This document shows, piece after piece, positions 57,974 through 64,000 of a stretch of 64,000 nt of DNA. This DNA comes from Antedon mediterranea. Taxonomy: Eukaryota; Animalia; Echinodermata. Numbering within the stretch: position 1 is the first letter of the stretch; each line of letters starts with the position of its first letter. The stretch covers positions 1,607,812 to 1,671,811 of the forward strand of contig NC_092675.1 of assembly GCF_964355755.1 (NCBI RefSeq), in the 5' to 3' direction. Below the pieces are notes generated by a model that did not search any database, was not told where the DNA came from, and saw only the letters and a program-made list of their open reading frames with translations. Made by a program: the position numbers and the translations under genes.

Positions 57974-60900
57974 GTAATATTCAGGGCATGAGGATGAGTG
58001 AGTAAAGGGCTAAGGCCCATCTTTTGTTTACTCGCACTCGTGTTACAGCAACAGCTGGGCCTACTGTAGCCTACCAGTTACCAAGCTGACAACTGCATTC
58101 AATGAGGCAAACTGAGCTTGTGTGTTCACACCTGGGGCTCTCCAGTTTAATCACAGATTTTGTTTTAAAATTCCAATTAGACAATACGTTATAATAAGTA
58201 TACAACAAGGCGCTTATTCTATATATTATCAGCATTCTCGTCAATTTTTTCAATACAATTATTATGGTCACATGTCAAATTCAATATTTTTTTTTCTATC
58301 TTCCGAATCAATTTATTGTTATTTTAATTATTTTCAATATACAATTATTGATTTTCATTTAGCATCTAATAGTATACTATTGTAGTCACTTAAATGTTTG
58401 TTCTGTTTTAAGAAGTAAAATTTAAATCTTAATTTTTATATGCAAGTGTTGATATTTCTTTTATGAATATTTAATTAGTTTTAATTGGTTTAACATTTAT
58501 TTTATGTGAAAGATATTTTGTATGTATATTCATTAAATTTAAATAAAATATAAAAAAAATTAGAATTAAAACTCTCTCTTCAGCGTTACTAAACTAATTA
58601 CGATCACATTAAGTAAAAACATGGAGAATTGTTTTCCATGAGTATTGATTGTTCAAATACAATGAAATTTGCAATTATTATGAATAGATTTAATGATTAA
58701 GAAAATTAAAATGATATAAAACCAACATTAAAACAACAATGTTATATGTATAGATATGAATATATTGTAACACAGTAATGAATTATTAATATAAAATGAA
58801 GCGTTTATGTTTAAAAAGTAATTTTTAGGTAATACGAGCAAAAAACCTCTTTCACATTATTCACATAATTATTGGTATTCATAACTAAAATGTTTAGGTT
58901 GATGATTAGATAATAAAATTGATTTTTTTTCCATTTTTAGTTGAAAATATTAATTAAGTCTAGAAAATTTAGGTCAACAATTGAACCAAATAAGAAATAT
59001 CTATATTTTTTATTAGAGTCAGCGTACTTGTAGTTATTTTATAATTCAGCTTTCCTTTAACAATCCATCTATATGATATAACTTATTAAAGTGAAAACAT
59101 AATTTTATAGTGTAGAATAATGAACTATAATATTATCCACATAATACAATTTTAAATGATATTCTAGCAATTGCCATGGTTACTTATTATACACAATTCA
59201 CAGTTGTATGTAACCATGGTAATTGATTAGTTGACAAATTAAGCTCAGTTGTGTTGGTTGTACTATTTTTTATGTAGTGCAAGTTGTTGAATTATTGTAA
59301 GACAGTACTAAAGTACAGTTTGTACAGTACAGTAATTGATGGACATTTTCTGAAAAAAAAATGTTTACGTATGGAAACATACTGTACTCCCATAATAATG
59401 CAGCTAGTAATCAACGCAAAGTTGTATCTAACCGGTACCTATTTTATACACCTGGGTAACGGAAAACAAAAATATAGAATCTATGCTATTTCTTATGAAC
59501 TGAGCGGATGGGTGATTGAGCTTAAACCCCCTCAGAATAGACACATATTCTACGTGGGACAAGCTACGCGGCTTTTCCTCTTACCGTTGCCCGTCGTCTG
59601 GTGTTTGTTGGTTGGTGTTTTTAATAAAGGTGATAATATTATTTAGTTTTTTTGTTGGTAACAATTTACATAAAGTGTTATTATTAATAGATAAATGCAT
59701 TCAACAAGCATCAAATTATTCAATAATACTCATGTGAGGTTGCAACTACTGCTGGTACTTTTATGTGTAACTGTTATTTTGTTAAACAGATAATTTCTAT
59801 TATTGTATTTTAGAGCCTTTGACAATATTACTGTAGTCCCACGTGAACATCAAATTTGATTGAATTATTATGATAAGCTATATTATTATTTACTTGCGTC
59901 AATTTATTGTACAGTATTTGATAAATATTTTGATAAAGAGTATGTTATTGTTACTGCTGAATAATGGGGGGGAAAAACAAGTTATTATTTTAGTTCAGTC
60001 ACTAATTTTTTCTCTCAAAGACTACTACAGTATCAGTAAAAAATAAATTGTTACCTCCAATGTTTTAAACAAATAATAACCATGTACAGTATTTTATTCC
60101 AAATCTTACTAAAAATATTGGTTTTCACATTTAAGCTTTTATGTAAGTAATTTCTGATTAAAATAAATCATGCCTTTTCCCCATTTTGTGTTTCATCTCA
60201 AACTGCACCACAAATCTTTTGACAATTGTGATAAATCATGTAAAAGTTAAAAAATGTCTGTCATAAAATTGACGACATCGTACTGACTAGGAACTTGATT
60301 CAAAATTAGTTCTTTCAAGTTACATTTATTAGAGTTCAAGTCTATTGTGATTGACAATTTGTAAGCAGAAATCGTTTCTTTTTAATTAAATTAAAGTAAA
60401 ACTTCTAAATTGAAACTGAAACCAATCTTAATCCTGGTTTTATCTAGTGTCAAATGCTATAGTTCTATTTAACTGATGCAATTTAAACACACTTGCAAAC
60501 TATGTGACACAGATGGTCTATCACAATATAGGACATATTATTCAATTCTTATGTTAAATATTCTTAGTAATAATAATTAATAATGGTGGGATTTCAATTT
60601 GATAATAACTTGGCATTCATGCTATGGCATGCGCTACTTTTCAATATTCAATCATTCATATGAATTATAAAATAGGTTAATTTAGTAATTTCAGCAACTG
60701 AGTGCTTTCAGATAGTATATAATTACTGGGAACGCGATTACCTCAGCCTACTTTTAGGATTGGACAATCATTGACATCATAATACTGTACGAATACAGCT
60801 GTTTTATGCCAGTTAAGGCCCATACACTAGGACGATAACGACGACGATAAATAGATAAATATGCATTTTTTCCTACATAAAGCAAAAGAGATCCAAAAAG

Positions 60901-61082
60901 TTTTTATCCTAGAACTGCTTGAGAACTACCTTTGATGAAAATAACAGTAATATTGAAAATGTTTTTTACGTTTGGAAGGTGATTATATTGATTTTTCAAT
61001 GTCAAAGTTCTTTATGAATTTTCTATTTGTTTTTTTTTTTGTTTCAGATTTTTTATGCTTATAGAACTGTGATATTTTCAAG

Positions 61083-61152
61083 ATGGTGCAGAGTTTGATG
61101 TTAATATTGGTGCTATACAAGTCCTTTCTCATTGCAAATTGTGTAAATAATG
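61083..61152 (+). CDS. Probable first coding exon (signal peptide) of a secreted or membrane protein continuing beyond the window
   Basis: Strong acceptor (poly-T...TTTCAG ending 61047), AAGATGG start context, MVQSLMLILVLYKSFLIANCVNN hydrophobic leader, phase-1 donor G|GTAAGT at 61153. No further exon identified in the window. Confidence 0.55.
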
Positions 61153-61159
61153 GTAAGTA

Positions 61160-61282
61160 AAACAAAAAATGTGATGTGCCCATATATGAACATGATGATG
61201 TCATATCACTACCATATTTGGGCATGTCACTACCATATTTATTTATTTTTTGTCAAACTAGTTTGATAGTGTGGACAGAGCT
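61160..61282. mobile_element. MITE family A, one end truncated
   Basis: Internal sequence plus right TIR. Confidence 0.7.
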
Positions 61283-64000
61283 TTAACTTGTTGATAATTA
61301 CAAAATGTACTATGTACTTAAATGCCAAGAGTTCACTAAAGAAACAGTTGCACAGACATGCTACTGTACCTCATTGTTTAGCAAGATATAAAATCTCACA
61401 AACATGCATAAATCTCCCAAAAGTGGATCAAAACAAGCAAACCAACTCTGTGTTTACAGAACTTATAATCCATAAATGACATTAACAAATTTATGCAAAA
61501 TGCAAATTTTGATTTTTCTTTTACTGTGCAAAAATAATAATTATGCATTTTTCACCCCACGCATTTTTTGTTTGATTTATATTAAATTTCATTAACTACT
61601 TAATACAAGCTATAATTCTCCCGGAAAAACAAATAAACTCAACGCTCACAACAATCAAAATACATTTAATCAAATAGTTTCATCATTAAAATTGTGCACA
61701 ATTGTTTATGACAGATAATTCAAAAATAAAAAAACCAATGATAACAAGGACACTGACATTTCAAATTTATTATAGAATAATTTTCAAGATCAAACACAAA
61801 ATCAAATTGAACATAAACAAACCAAGAGTTCTAAATTAACTGTTTTCATTTAAAGTAATATTTGTATTGTACAGTATGTTTCATCGGCTTGCTTCATCTG
61901 CATGCAACCCATGTTTCCATAGGCCTACGTATTATTCATACTTGTCTATTTATAGCTACATCAAGATAATAGTTTGTGCTTTATGCTACGTAATGAATGA
62001 CCTCAACAGATAATATTAACAACCAGCTACAGCATCATTATTCTGAATAAATTATATTTTTCAGACGTCAACTTGCATGTTCATATACAGTACCATTATT
62101 ACTATTTCGTTGAAAAAACTGTACTTTTATTTTTAAATTATTTCATAAATTACTATACCACCATAGTTTTTTTCATAAACAGTAAGGCTGTTTTGATAAG
62201 ATGTATTATCATGTTGGTATTGCATTCATGTATTCCTTCTGGAACAAAAGCATGATCACTTTGAGATGATCCAGAATGGACAGCACAATTTTAACTCTAT
62301 TTTTTAGAGAATTTTTCAATTTATTCATTCCCAAGTCCTACTTTTGTATGAATATGTTTTTATTCCGTTTTCAAATACTGTAACATACAGTATGAAATTA
62401 TGTATGCAGTATCATACTGTAGACAACTTATGTAATACAGTGTCACATGTATCACATGTGGAGCTTGTATTATGGGTTAAAGTTTTAGGAATAGGTTTAT
62501 GGCCTGTGATACAAGTATCACATGTGATAAATGTGACACTACTGTATATTACAGAATGTACATATGATACTAAATGGTAATTATAGATACAGTATAGTAC
62601 TGAGACTCATCTATTTATATTTCCAACAATAAACCAAAAAGACGATCGTCAACATATTTAAGTTGATGAGATAACAAGCGTTGTACCGATTTAGCTTTTA
62701 GTAGGAAATATAATTCCATAATGTGTGTCAGTCTGAAATTACTTTTAGCATTATATTTCTCTTAGTAGCTGTTATTTACATGGACTACCTTGCTAATGTT
62801 GTTTATTAATAACTGGATTACCTTGCAGCGATAATTCAACTTCCATTAAGTCTTATCCCGTGAAAGATATTTCGCAATCGTTATTGATAAAGTTGTGATG
62901 ATGTGGGTTGTCCAGTTGTCATGGACATATAAATTATTACATGAAAGGAGACACTGAGATATTACGCTTTTTTCTTCAATTTGATAGGATTGTGAAAAAA
63001 ATGCTTTTAATATCGAAGTCACGTTATCAAATGACTATTACTGTGAGTAGCAGTTTTAATAATCAGAACCACCTGTCTAGGAAAAATAAAAAATGATATC
63101 TGAATCAATGTTTGCGAACTAAAAATCAATGCATATTCAGAATATATTAAACCTCGGCAAAATTCAATTGCGTTTAATTAATAATTACCATCATAAAGGG
63201 AAATGATAGATCTAATCTATTGAATTTTTGCTATTTATATTTGTGAAATTTTTTGTTTATTTTAGAGACAAAAAGTAATATAATGATATTGTTGATAATT
63301 TGCATAAAAAGAAGTGATAAATATAAGATTGCTCACATTGCTCAAAAGCTCACTTTTCCATGAGATAGGGCAAATTCCAAATGACATGTAAAAATTATAT
63401 TTCAAGAAAACAATCAGGTGTGTTACATTACAATAGATAGATAAAGATATTTATAACCAACATGCAGCGGTTTTGAAGAGTGAAAAGTGTGATTCTGGCA
63501 ATTTTTGTGTCATTTATATTTTCTTTTTTCTATAAAAAGTTATAATCATTTTTATTATTAAAGCAATTCTGATGTTCAATTGATTGTTTTGTTATCAATG
63601 ATTGCTACATTGATTAAAAGGAATGTTGAATTCATTCAGTAATTAATAGAATTCATTCATTATATAGTCAAGGTTATGTTATAAGAATGGTTCGGTTTAA
63701 GAAGTCAATAGATCCTACTGTAATCTCTTTACATTGTAATGTTATGTATCTAATCTCTTAACACCTGGAAAGTAAGGTATTTCATTGATTGTTAATGACC
63801 TCAAGTTAATGACCTCAAGTTTGTTTACAGAATGTTAATATAAGATTGATCAAATTAATTTATTTTTAATTTATTTATTTTTAACTGGATTGCCTTTTTA
63901 TTGAGGATTAAGCTTGTGCTCAGTATATACACAATGATTTTCTGTATAATACATTAAAAAGCTGTTGAAAATATTGATGTACAGGTATTGAGTATGGTGC

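Overview
AT-rich, intron-rich animal genomic DNA. It is probably an invertebrate deuterostome such as an echinoderm; this is an inference from Deu/Nin-type SINEs, an intronless RING-B-box-coiled-coil TRIM gene and vertebrate-like intron positions. Exon-by-exon reading gives, in order: the 3' part of Bicaudal-C (+, 13 exons, 3110-12742); an intronless TRIM gene (-, 17531-19024) head-to-head with an hnRNP F/H gene (+, 19927-26838); an MRP4/ABCC4-like ABC transporter (+, 27 exons, 28135-48571); RBM22/Cwc2 (+, 50762-56261); and the probable start of a sixth, secreted or membrane protein gene (signal-peptide exon 61083-61152). Introns hold about 16 copies of one MITE family, several other MITEs, Deu-domain SINEs, L2/CR1 3' fragments, a Helentron/DINE-like element and six tandem-repeat arrays. 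No prokaryote-type system (CRISPR, operon) is present. The most interesting signals are: (1) a minimal Penelope-type hammerhead ribozyme plus a degenerate partner copy flanking a BicC exon in sense orientation; (2) a G-triplet-studded, frame-shifting 139-nt hnRNP F/H exon that looks like the vertebrate HNRNPH1 autoregulatory NMD switch; (3) a TRIM gene whose last 36 residues and stop codon come from a Helentron-like insertion; and (4) a GC-AG intron and a duplicated Walker-A splice donor in the ABCC4-like gene. All calls were made by eye, without database searches.
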